A stretch of DNA of 63,467 nucleotides, counting the filler, from Vannella sp. (lineage: Eukaryota), in assembly GCA_023345925.1 (NCBI GenBank). It is 7 parts of 7 records of this genome, joined end to end, with 100 filler letters (N's around TTAATTAATTAA, not from the genome) between each part and the next. Parts side by side here need not be neighbours in the genome. Positions count along the whole stretch, not along the records: positions 17,654 to 39,630 come from JAJQQN010000999.1; 6 more parts are not named here. One strand, written 5' to 3'. Positions 21,080-32,775 of this stretch are shown piece by piece. Position 1 is the stretch's first letter; the number at the start of each line of letters is the position of its first letter. The notes under the pieces are model-generated. The model saw only the letters and a list, made by a program, of their open reading frames with translations. It made no database searches and was not told where the DNA came from. Made by a program: the position numbers and the translations under genes.

Positions 21080-23468
21080 ATGGTGAAGGTGGCGGTCACC
21101 TTGACTGGTCGGAAGGATCCTCCTATCGATTGGGAGTTGAATTTGCAAGCAGAGATTGCTCCTCAAGTGGAGGAGTTACTTAAGTTACTAGGGCTGGCAG
21201 AGGAAGAGCTCCACAAGTACGCGCTCACGCATGACAAGAAGATTCTCAACGACAAGGTCGGCGCCTTCTCTCTCTCTCTCTCGCCTTGATTGCTGCTGAT
21301 ACTTCTTGTGTTGGGAGTAGACTCTGCCTTCGTATCATACTATCCCTGTATCCTCTTTAATGACTGTTACTCTGAAGCCTCGCTACGAGGCCATGATTGC
21401 TGTGCAGAACCTTCGCGACACCAAGGACAACCCTGCCTCGCAGAAGAACGCATTCTTCTTCTTACGGAAGAACCTCCAGGTATGATCTGTCTTCTTGCTT
21501 CGCCTCCAGCTCACAGGAGCACAGGATAGCGACTTTGCGGAAGGGTTCTTGGGTCAGAACGGCATTCTCCTGCTCATTGACGCTATGATGGACACCTCAG
21601 GCAATGCATTAGCGTACTGTCTTCAAGCTCTTGAGGAAGCGATGAACTACATGGTCGGGTGGACGGGGATTGAAGAGAGACACATTCGCAAGGTCTTCAG
21701 CTTTGTCGGATGGAGTGAGAACGGGGCTAACAAGACGAACGTTGTATCTTGCGCTATCCGCATTGGCGTTCTCGTTGCTGCCAGCCCGGCTTATGGCTTC
21801 CAGACCATCCATAATGCGCTCACAAAGAACGGTATGTCATGTTCCTCTGTCTTGACCTTCCCCCATGACCCCATTCCTTAGTACAAGACTCTGAAGAGAG
21901 TCCTTACGCCGGAATCATTGCCTGCATTGGCAGCACGTCCGATCTGAACATGCAAACGGACGCTTTGCAGCTCATCAACAAGCTCCTGGAGACGGCACCT
22001 TCAGAGGAAGCCCGTGGGGAGCTCTTCAACTCCTTCTCTTCACTGAACCTTCACAAAGTACTCCAGCAGCACATCAAGATCGAGAACGTGCGCTGGAAGA
22101 ACCAAATCTACCATTATCAGTGCAACCGATTGGACCAGTACAACCGGCTGAAGGTTGTTCCATACGATAAGACGAATCCAGAGCATGAAGCGGTCCTGCT
22201 GAAGCTGTGGAGCGCTGTATTCCCGGACCAGGAACTCAAGTCGAGGGTGGGAGACCACTGGAAGGAGATGGGCTTCCAGGGCCAGGATCCCGCTACGGAC
22301 TTCCGCGGGATGGGACTCTTGGGGTTACACAACCTGCTTTACATCGCAGAGAAACATCCAGTTATCTTCCGGCGTATCGTCAAGGAACAGAGCTCGCGGG
22401 ACGATAATGATTTTCCCGTGGCCGTGACTGGCATTAGTATTACTCAATTGCTGTTTTCCTTGTTCAAGATAGGGACTGAGAGACTTCCTCCTGGTGAGGG
22501 GGCTGTCTATAGCATCCTTGTGGACCATGTAGATGCTTTTGAAGAGATGTATTGTATTCTCTTCCAACTCCTCGACCGCACCTGGGACGAGATGAATGCA
22601 GCATACATGGACTTTCCAAGAGTTCTCGATGCCGTCAAGGAGAAGATTTCTGTCGTCCTGAAGACCAGCGACACTCTCAGTGGCTTCCAGAAAGGGTGCA
22701 GCAAAGGAACTCCCGTCGAAGCCTTCTTGCGCACTGAACAGGCAGAAGAAAGCCAGCCTGTGATCACAATTCCAGATTTTGACCTCCCACAAGAGCTTAG
22801 GAAAGAGATTGAAGCCGAAGTGAGGGCGGAGATTATTTGCTTAGTTCACGAGCAGAAGCGCCAAGCTCTCAAGGACGGTGCTGTCTTTAAAGAACTGAAA
22901 CAGAAAGGAAAGAACCAAGCCAATACTTACTTGCAACTGAAATGCACCAATGATGAGAAGGAACTGCGTTGGGACCGCATTAACGAGCCCACTCCTCCAG
23001 TAGACAGTCCAAATAACTCGTGTAAGTAATTCCTTTAAGCCAATCGTGCTTCTATTACTCACCTTATCTGCAAAAGTCTCTGCGGATGACTTGGCCGCAG
23101 TTCTGATAGGACAGAACAACCCGCTTTTAGCGAAATTGAAGAAAGCAGACCAGGATATCTTGAATAACGGCTTCTCATTGCAGTTGCAAGATGGAACTAG
23201 CTTTGATTTAGTCGCTCTGTCACCACAAGACTTTGTCAATTGGACAGATGGCATTCGATTGCTCATGGGGAACCAGTTGGAAACCCCCGACACTCTTCGG
23301 TCCATTGAGGTCCTAGTCAGTGCTGGAACATGTGTCCGGCTCATGAACTTGGAAGGACTCAACATTCCCACAAAGCCACTTGACATTCCCGAACTACCAC
23401 CCAACTACCAATTCTATTTGGGAGACAACAAAGAGATTGAAGTCCAGAATCAGCCCCGCGCTCAATAG
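21080..23468 (+). CDS. ELMO/CED-12 family protein (ARM, ELMO and PH domains, Pro-rich tail), multi-exon
   Basis: 'LLKLWSAVFP..WKEMGFQGQDPATDFRGMGLLGL', 'FPVAVTGISIT', 'NWTDGIRLL', 'IPELPPNYQF'. Confidence 0.92.
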
Positions 23469-23711
23469 CAGCCTCTATAAAGCATCTCTACTATGTTCAA
23501 GACCTCCACTTGATCATCAACTTACCAACAGCATGCAGAATCAAGCCTTCTCTTCCCCAACTCAGAGTCTCACTGTAACTCAAACTCTGTTCCTTTGGAT
23601 TCCCGTCTGCAGGCGCTTCTGCTTGGCCTATCGCTCTATTCCAAACGTTGTTTGACGTATCTTGGTGATCCTTTGACATGGATTGCGTCATTCCATGGCT
23701 GGGTGTTGGGA

Positions 23712-24793
23712 ATGGCTGCTCAGATGGAAGTTCGCGTTCTAACGTTGGATGACTTGGAGGACGTTCGGCGCATATCTGAGGGTGTTTACTGCTATGATGG
23801 GGTGACGGAACATGACTACTTGCCTCTGTACTATCACCGCTGGGTGCACAGTGCCAATCGGACGATCTATGGGCTCTTTCAGGACGGGGAACTCGTCGCC
23901 CTCCACGCAGACTCCTTCTTCGACGGAGGGAGGACCCTCTTTGGTCAAGCACTTCGAGTGTCTCGCAACCACCGTGGATCGAAACTAGCAGGGCCCCTCT
24001 ACACCCTTTCCCGCCCCATTAGGGACCGAAACATGGCGGGAAAGCTCCCTTATGAGCGGATACGCGCGTCCAAAGCCTCGCACGATCGTAACCCAGAGAA
24101 GGTTGCTTCGAAGAGCCTGGAAACAGGCGAGTTCCACCGCCTCCTGAGCTACCGAAGCGCCTTTACCGCCGCCATCAACGAGGACATGAAAAGGGCTTTC
24201 TCCTCCTTGCTGGTTGGTTGCGAGGGCCTGTTTACCATTCGTTTGGTATCCTATCAAGATGCACATCACTTTGCACAGACCCACAAGGCCCTCTTCCCCT
24301 CTGATATCGTCTATACCGACTGGGAAGGTCACGACACAACAATCGAGAACTTTGCGATCCTCTCGACCGGCGGGGATGGAAAGTAGGTTACCTTCATGAC
24401 CAACGTTGCTATCTTGATCCCTGACACACTCTGGGTAGCTTCGTACGCAGGTTCCTCGTGCTTTATGACGAAAACAACCAACCTCGCTCCCTCGCAGTTG
24501 TGGGAGTGACACCGCGAGGTTGGGGCGTCGCACTGTCAGTTGATGTGTTCACTACATCGTTGGAGGACGCACTGGCTCTGACACGCTACGCAGTGGAACA
24601 AACGGGCTCCCTTCAAACCAGCCTCGCTGTCCCTCTGCCGAACCACCTTTGGCTTTGGATGCCTTACGAACTCGAGAAGCTGTACAGAGCACACTTTGAG
24701 AGGATGCTTGAAGCTTTCCAAGGCCTGCCAACCTTCTATTTCCTCCATGCAGCCTTCATGGAGAAGAATGTCGCCCCTTCTGGTCGGCTTTAA
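23712..24793 (+). CDS. GNAT acetyltransferase, NAT16/histidine N-acetyltransferase-like, one intron
   Basis: 'ISEGVY..DYLPLYYHRW..G.LVAL..DGGRTLF.QALRVSRNHRGS.LA' resembles the NAT16 N-terminal GNAT domain. Confidence 0.65.
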
Positions 24794-25419
24794 CTGTTTG
24801 GAACAGAACAAGATGCATTGCAAAGTTCTCTATCTTAGCAGCGATACAGGTGATGGGTGAACAAGGTTGCAGGCTTGAACTGTTTCAAACCGAAGAATGG
24901 CAAAGTTCATCGCCTTGAGGACCATCCGAGAGAGACATGGTGACATGATGGTCCCTTCAGGTGTGTCCAGTCACCCACTCTCTCGTTTCTACCACCAACA
25001 TGAGAGATCAGGAAGAAGGAGAGGAAGTGGCTTGAATTCACAACACTCTCAATGCATTCTAGTTAGACTCTTCCTCTGGGACTGGGAGAACGCATTGAAG
25101 GGTGCTCAGCAAAGGAGGTAAGATGCATGAAGGTGCGCATCAACACCCGAAAGGCACGCCAGGGGCTGCCAAAGCGGTTCAGAGTCCGCATGAATTGACA
25201 TTCCCTTCCAAGATTGGCCATTCATTTGGCCAGTTCCTGAGTGGAGAGAGTGTGTGATCACCAATAGAGCAGATCTCTTCCTAGCCTGTAACATCAATCG
25301 TACAACTGTGTATTAAACGACCAACGAATGGTGACATCATTATGACGCGATCTGAATGGGACCCAGAGTGGCGATGATCGGTACATTATGCAGGAAGAAG
25401 AAGCATCTTAAAGGACACC

Positions 25420-27904
25420 TTAGAAGGCATCGCGAAGGCGACGAGCGACGCGGAGGATGGAAGAGGATGAACCACTGACACTATTTTGGCGCCGTGGAGA
25501 AAACGAAGGACGCTGACTCGAATCTTCGTCATACCACACTTTTGCGAAAATGAGAGCTTTCATCCACCCATCTTTGATGGCCTCATCAGCCGCACAGATA
25601 AGTAGAGAGCGTTCTCTCAGCTTGAGATGAAAGGAATGCTGAGGAACCTTTTCATCTCCAGCAATCACTTCCACTCTCTCCAACCGTATCACCTCCACAG
25701 GCTCGTCCTCGTCCCCACAGCTGGCAAAAACAAAAAAGAAATTATCCCGCAAAGCCACAAACCGCTTCCTCAGCTTCTCTGATGCTAATCTCTGACTTAG
25801 AATGCCTTCCAGCTAACTCCGATGGACTTTCTTACCTTTTCGTGCGATTTTTAGAACTCCTCGTTTGTGCTTTTCAAAAGAAGCCCAGCGGATATCCTCG
25901 TAGACTATCCAGGCTAGCTGTTGGTCGGTCATATTCATGTTGGCTTCGAAGATGCGAAGGTGCTCTTTGAGGAATTGATTCGAAAACTGCATTCTTTTGA
26001 CACTTTCCACTCCACTTTCCCATTTGGTGGTGAGTTCTCGCTCCCAAACCCTCAGTTCGTTCAGGTTATCGTTCATCTGTCGGGCCAAGGCTGTTGCATT
26101 GATCACTTGCTGCCGGAGGTATTTGACTTCAGATTCGAGCTCACCACGAGCGAGAATGGTTGGCTCGCAAGTTCGGAGTTGTCTTTGGTCCTCCTCTAAC
26201 GATTTGAGCATAGAATTGAAGCTTGCAGAGCTCCTAGTGATGAGTCCTGGGGGAGGAGTGTTACGGCGTTTGATACTGTCTGGCCTCACCCGACGAGCTG
26301 CGGCCCATCGATTGGTTCTAAGTGCCTTGGAAAGAATAGAAGGAGGATCTGGAGCTCCCTGTGATCCAGTTGTAATCCATTCGTGCTGAAGCAGCTGCTC
26401 TGCTGTCGGCCGGGAGCAGGGAGCTAAGTGAAAGCAGCCTTCCAAAAAGGACCTCAGTTGGACAGAAATGTTATCAGGGATGGGACTTCGCCCCTCAATT
26501 AGATTGAATACAGCTGCCATGGGCTCCATCCCATGAAAAGGCGGGTACCCAGTGATAAGTTCCACAACTGTTGCGCCCAAACTCCAAATATCACAAGAAG
26601 CAGACACTTCTGAGTCTCCAGTAAAGAGTTCCGGGGCAACTAAAGACACTTGAGTCCTCCTTCAGTCACCGGAATGAAATTCACTTACTCCAATAAGGTG
26701 TTCCAACAGCAGCTCCGCTATTCAAAACCATTCGAGACACATTCGTTGCCAACCCAAAGTCAGCCAGCTTACACAGACCATCTTTGGTTATTAATACGTT
26801 GGCTCCTTTGATATCTCGATGAACAACATCGTTCTCATGAAGATACACCAGCGCCTGAAGAATCTGCTTCACATAAAGACACTAACATCACTGATAAGTC
26901 TCCAATACACACTCCAAAGACATCCACTCACTGCTAAAGACTCTGAAAAGTGACCAAACTTCTGGACAATGTCCAAAAGGGATCCATTTTCGATGAATTC
27001 GAAGATAATGTAGACATAATTGCCCCTTCTCAAGCTGTCGATGTACTGGACCACATTGGGATGCTTCAGTCCCTTCAGAAACTGAATTTCCTGTGCAATG
27101 CGAGATGTCCAAGCTTGGGAGGCGTCCCCCGCGTCTTCTTTGAAGATGCGAATCTCTTTGATGGCGACGAAAGTGCCTGTTCGAGTATCTAAGGCTTTGC
27201 AGACTGTCCCTTGTGTACCATGGCCGAGAACTCCTCCTATTAGCTATCAAAGGAGCGTTACATCTGGCTCCCTTTGGCCTTCAGGAGGGACTTACATAGG
27301 GGCCAAGGTGGAGGTTGTCCTCTGTAGCCTCTGTAGTTGGCGTTTCGGCGGTTTGGTTGGTCTCAGAAGGGTTCTGGGTCTCTTTGTCTTCTTGCACAGA
27401 ACGGGCGGTCTTACGCGGAGAGATGGGGTCTTCTGGGTTCCCGTTTGTCTCTAAAGACTCCAAGTTCAGCAGAACCTGAGCATCAGAGTTGACCAGAACA
27501 CGCTTCCTTTCCCTTCCGCTCTTGTATGGAAGAGGGTCGCGCAAGGGAATGGGTAGCGTCACCAGATAAGCCCGATTAACGAGGGGCGGTCCTGCTTGCT
27601 GTGTATCTGGCTGGATTTGGTCACGGCTTGGGTGACCGTAGCGTACTTCTGAGTCACTGGTAGACCTCCGTGAGAGTTGGTCTCGGGGAGATAGGACAGC
27701 AGAGAGGAGGAAGTCAAGAGAGTCTCCGGTCTCTGGCTGAAAGGTGACGGAGTGGCGCAGATCCGAATCCCGTCTTGGATGCGGCAGCACAAAGGAATCT
27801 TCCCTCTCCATTTCCACCGTCCCCTGAAACCGCAGCTTTGGTTTACTCGAGGACCGCCGCCTCGACTTGCCGCTCTTCTCTCCCTTGCTCTTCTCCTTTC
27901 CCAT
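25420..27904 (-). CDS. Second Cdc15/SepA-like kinase with N-terminal extension, coiled coil and PH domain
   Basis: GHGTQG loop, [19 protein letters not shown] and DIWSLG motifs; PH exon '[25 protein letters not shown]'. Confidence 0.87.
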
Positions 27905-27997
27905 CAAATGCCAATTCTTTCATCAAGAATTTCGGGCTCAACTTTTAAGGAAAAGAACCAAACCTCCCAAAAGTGCATTTCCCCTTCGACTAAATGG

Positions 27998-28043
27998 GCC
28001 AATCAGAATCAAGGTGATCTCACCTGGTTTAGGTTTTAGGGTT
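27998..28043. promoter_or_regulatory. CCAAT box (GCCAATCAG) plus telo-box-like GGTTTAGGTTTTAGGGTT in a divergent promoter
   Basis: Both motifs lie in the ~240-bp gap between the kinase (-) and carrier (+) starts. Confidence 0.45.
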
Positions 28044-28146
28044 CCTGATAATGTGGAGTAAAATCTATCTCGATGGTTTTGAATACCTTTTTGAAAATCA
28101 TTGGCCATGATGGAATCTGGAGAGAACCAGAATTGGTCAGTTTCAG

Positions 28147-29669
28147 ATGACGCAAAGGCAGAAGCTGAAGGAAAGGAACATGAAGCGCTGTGAGGACCAG
28201 TTCCTCACAGAAGAGGGCATCTTGCAAGTGTTTAAGGAGATTGACAAACAGGAAGACGGCTTGTTGAGTAGCGAGGAAGTGCGCCAAGCCCTTCTCGACC
28301 TCAAACTAGCAGTCTCCGATCCAGACTTGGAGAAGCTGTTCCTCATCATTCAGGATGGAGGTAACGGCAATCTCGTCTCCTTCGAGCAGTTCACCCAGTT
28401 TGTGCGTCATCGCCAAGTGCTCCTCGCAGAAGTCTTTTGTGAGATGGATACGACCCAAGACGGTGTATTAGAGCCTCATGAGATACGCGAAGCACTTAAG
28501 CTAGCTGGTGTGAACCCTACAAAGGAGGAGGTTTGCCTCCTCATCGACCAATTGGATATCAACAACAACGGTGCAGTCGAGTTCTCCGAATTCCGCAGAG
28601 TCTTTCTTCTCTGCCCGGAGATGGGAGTGCGCAACGTGTTTGAGACATGGAGAAGAGCTGTGGATGCAGGTATTGATAAGGGAGAGGTCTCCTACTCGGT
28701 GCCAGACTCAGGGAACGCGGCTTGGAAGATCCTTGTGGCAGGAGGGATCGCAGGAGGAATCTCTCGCACTGCTACAGCCCCTTTCGATCGCCTTAAAGTT
28801 CTCCTCCAAGCTGGAGGCAAAGTGAGCGGCAAGGAGATCACTGGCATAGTTTCAGGTTTGTCTGAACCCTTCTCGTGCCTCCCCCAGGTCCCTCACCCTC
28901 TTCCTTAGGTATGAAAGCTATCTACAAGGAAGGAGGAATGCGTGGATTCTTCCGTGGTAACGGAACAAACGTCATCAAGATCGCTCCCGAGTCTGCTGTC
29001 AAATTTTTAGCGTACGAACGCATCAAGATGCTTGTCAGCCGTGATCCCAAGAACCTCACAGGTGCAGAGCGGTTCATAGCAGGTGCTTTGGCTGGTGTTG
29101 TGTCCCAGACAGCGATTTACCCTTTGGAGGTGACAAAGACTAGGCTTGCTCTGGTCGCTCCTGGCACCTATAACGGAATAGCTGACTGTTTGACTAAGAT
29201 CTACACCCGAGAGGGTTCCCGCGCACTGTTTCGTGGTCTGGGGACGTCTCTGGGGGGCATTATCCCCTACGCAGGTGTGGACATGAGCGTATTCTTCACG
29301 CTCAAGGAGGCTTGGATGTCACGCAACCCCGATAAGACACCAGGAGTGTTCGTTCTGCTTGGTATGGGTGCCAGCAGCAGCTTCTGCGGTCAGGTTACAG
29401 CGTAGGTACCACTTTCCTCTCCCAATCTCGACTGACAGTCTTTCAGGTACCCTCTTCAACTTGTTCGAACCCGATTGCAAGCCCAGGGAGCCCCTGGCAC
29501 TGAAATACGCTACACTGGAATGACGGACTGCTTCGTCAAGACGTACCAAGATGGCGGCATTCGCTCTTTCTATCGCGGGATCGTTCCCAACTTTATGAAG
29601 GCGATACCAGCCATCAGCATCTCTTATGTCATCTATGAGAAGGCGCGGGAGGTTCTGCACGCGCAATGA
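28147..29669 (+). CDS. Ca2+-binding mitochondrial ATP-Mg/Pi carrier (SCaMC/SLC25A24 family)
   Basis: EF-hands (DTTQDGVLEPHE, DINNNGAVEFSE) plus three carrier repeats (PFDRLK, PLEVTKT, PLQLVRT); 'FFRGNGTNVIKIAPESAVKF'. Confidence 0.92.
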
Positions 29670-29773
29670 GGTCGTGCACGTGCTTTGTACCATAAAAGTG
29701 GATCTGCCCTTCTTCCCGCGACCCCCTCATAGCATTTAGCTCCCTTCCTTTGGCGTTTTTCTGGATCACTCGT

Positions 29774-31044
29774 TTAGTTCTGAACAGCTGTGGCGAATCC
29801 AACGCGCTCGTTACCGAAGTCGAAGACGGTCATGTACTTGGAAATGAAGACATCTCCGAGGATGTACAAAGGTCCAGCTGGGCGAGGGATGTCGATGCCC
29901 ATGAATCCACTGAGGCAAGAGGTAACACCGTCTTGGACCTCTTGGATGACGTAGTCGGTGGGCTTCAAGGGGTAAGAGACGCCTCCGAGGACAATGCTGA
30001 CGGTGGGGCCTGTCTGGAGAATAGAGCAGTTGGGGAAGATTCCCTCACCGCGAATGATCTGGGCTCCGAGGCCTCGGTTGAAGCTGTTGATGACATCGGT
30101 GGGTCCAGTGATGAGGGAGGTTCCAGTGTCAGCGATGGCCTTGCAGCCGTTTGTGCACCAGCCCAAAGATTTGCCGTTCTGGAGGACGTCATCCATGGCG
30201 AACTCCCAGTAGGTCTCTGAAGTCAAAGGAACGTAGTTGATGGCGCCAGTGTAACGAGCAGTGTTGATGCCTCCGAAAGTGATCTCTCCACCAGGGACAG
30301 CTCCAGAGGTTTGGCTCAACCAGAAAGTGAAAACGTTTTGGCTGACGAGGTTCTGAGTCATCATGTTGTACCAGACGGGGACGACATCATCCACAGCGAT
30401 GCGCTGGAAGGCCAGACCCAAGATACCATCAAACTGAGCGACGACAAAGGTGATTCCGGGCTCCTGAAGGGCCTCAGCAAAGGTCTGACGCTGGACAGTG
30501 ATAGCACCAACACCAACGGAGTCGGTGGAGAGGAAGCCACTGAGGGATCCAGAACCGTATTGGATGGCGAATTCGGTACCGTTGGCGATGTAGGTAGAGG
30601 AGAGACCAGAGTTGTACTGGTTGTGGGTCTTGCAGGCAAGGTTTCGGGGAGGGCAAGAGGAAGAGGGGACCCACAAGTTGGATGATCCAGTGTCATAGAT
30701 GACAGTGAAGCTCTGAGGAGGAGTTCCGATGGTGATAGGTCCATAGTATTGGGCCTATGGTGGGGTGAGACACATGAGCGAGGAGCTTTCCACAAACTCC
30801 TTACATCCATGTAATCAGTCAGATCAACAGTAGTGGACCCACTCGCGGTATTACGGGTATACTTGTGGAGCAAGTACTTGCCACGAACGCCAGGAGCAGG
30901 ACGTTCCATTTCGCGCTTCCAAACGGGAATCCTACAAAGTCTCAGTCAACCTCCCTACTTCAAATACCTCGAAAGGTCTTACGAGGAGAAGGCATTGCAC
31001 ACCACAGCAAACGCCAAGAAGCAGAAGAGCACCTTGGCAATCAT
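29774..31044 (-). CDS. Cathepsin D-like A1 aspartic protease with signal peptide, 2 introns
   Basis: Catalytic DTGS (YDTGSSNLW) and DTGT motifs, 'QYGSGSLSG', 'FDGILGL', 'ILGDVF'. Confidence 0.93.
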
Positions 31045-31206
31045 GGGAGTAGCAAAAAGTGAAGATCGAGCCCTCGCGATTGGGTCAACGAAAATTGCAT
31101 TTTTCAGGTTAGGGCGAACGGATCATTAAATTATGATTTTTCTCTTCTGTGTCAAAGAATTAAGTAAAGATGAAAGAATCAAAATTGGTCATTATTTTGG
31201 AGGTGG

Positions 31207-32684
31207 ATGGAGCTCATCAACCAGGACCACTTCAAGAGCTCGGGAGCGATCCTTCGTCGGGCTCGAGCACCTACTTTGGGTGCTGTTGGTTTGGAAGATA
31301 CGAGACGTGTGTTAGCGAGGGTGAAAGCGGACTTGGAACTGACTGGAGGTCTGAAGGAGGCCTTGCGGGAAGGCAGCGAGTGCGAGGAAGCACTTCTACT
31401 TTGGGAGAGGACCAATTTATGACGTGGTTGCAAGTGGAGATGCAACTGGAGAAGGAGTGGGACGTGCGTCTTCCTCCGTCTGCTCGAGCGGGAACTCACA
31501 AAATTGTCTTTAGAAGGTGCAAGAGGATACTTACATTGAGATGCTCAAGCGAGAACAAAGGCTTGGAACTGGAGAGAAGCAATCAGACGTCATCACTGTA
31601 CAGCCATGTAGGAGAGAAAGGACTGACGCGGCATCCTCTCATGGGCGATTGCTCAGACAACGATAACCGGGTGATCTTGCACGACCTTAAGATTGAAGCA
31701 GAGGAGGACCCTACCTTCATTAACGCTAGTTACGTGGACAACGTAAGAGTCCCCTGCTTGGGGTCAATAATGGTCGTCACTGAACCCCTTCAAGAGATCG
31801 TACATTGCAGCCGCCATGCCGCACAACTACGCCTCGGAGAGAGACTTCTGGAGGTATTTGATGCTAATAACATCATAAGCAGGGCTCTTACGGGGAGAAG
31901 GATGGCGTATGAGGCCAAAGTGCAGACGATTGTGATGCTGAACAAGCCCACGGAGCGGAAGAAGAACCCTTACTGGCCTTCAAAGAAGGAGAGATTACGC
32001 AGTTACCTTAATGTCATCAAAGTGATCCTCTTGGAGGAGAAGTACGACGACCAGATCTACTGCTGGGTCCGTGAATTCCAAGTAGTAGTCAATCTGGCCC
32101 ACTACGAGGAAGGAGCAGAGGACTGGAAGTTCTCTGATGAGTATTTGATCAATCAAAGCTACAACTTCGACCTCCCTGACCTCACACCGGAGCAGGAATG
32201 TCTCAAAAAGAGCTCCCACCGTGTGACCCACCTTCAGTATGATGATTGGGATGACATGCGTGTTCCTGATGACAAGACCATCTTCTACCAGTTCGTCAGT
32301 ATGACTCTGAAACAGCATGAAGAGCGGAAAGCTCAAGGACCGATGGTTGTACATTGTTTCGGGGGTGTCGGAAGAACCGGGACTTTCCTCGTCATTCACT
32401 CCACTTGCGCCAAGATAACCCGTCTTGGAGGAAGAGTCATCAATGTCGTCGAGCTCTTGGGAATGCTCAGATCCGAGCGCTCTTCGCTTGTCCAAACCCC
32501 GGTACGATGAACTGGATTCTCATCTTTCCACTGTCTCACTCTGGTCCAGGAGCAGTACAAGTTCTGCTACAGAATGATTTGGAAGTTCCACGAGGACCGA
32601 AAGTCGTTCCGAAACATTCTTGTGGGACTGAGCGAGACCCGGAAAATGGTTCGAAACCCAAGCAAGCTTGGTCAGCAAGTCTAG
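31207..32684 (+). CDS. Classical-fold protein tyrosine phosphatase, multi-exon (start uncertain)
   Basis: Spliced 'QPYNDNRVIL', 'FINASYV', 'DFWRM', 'HCFGGVGRTG', 'LVQTP|EQY'. Confidence 0.85.
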
Positions 32685-32775
32685 AAGGAGAGAGAGAAGC
32701 AGTGATATGTGTTTATAATAACCCTACTCCAATTTGTCCTCGTGAGAAAGAAGGAAGGAAGGAAGGTTGAAGGAG

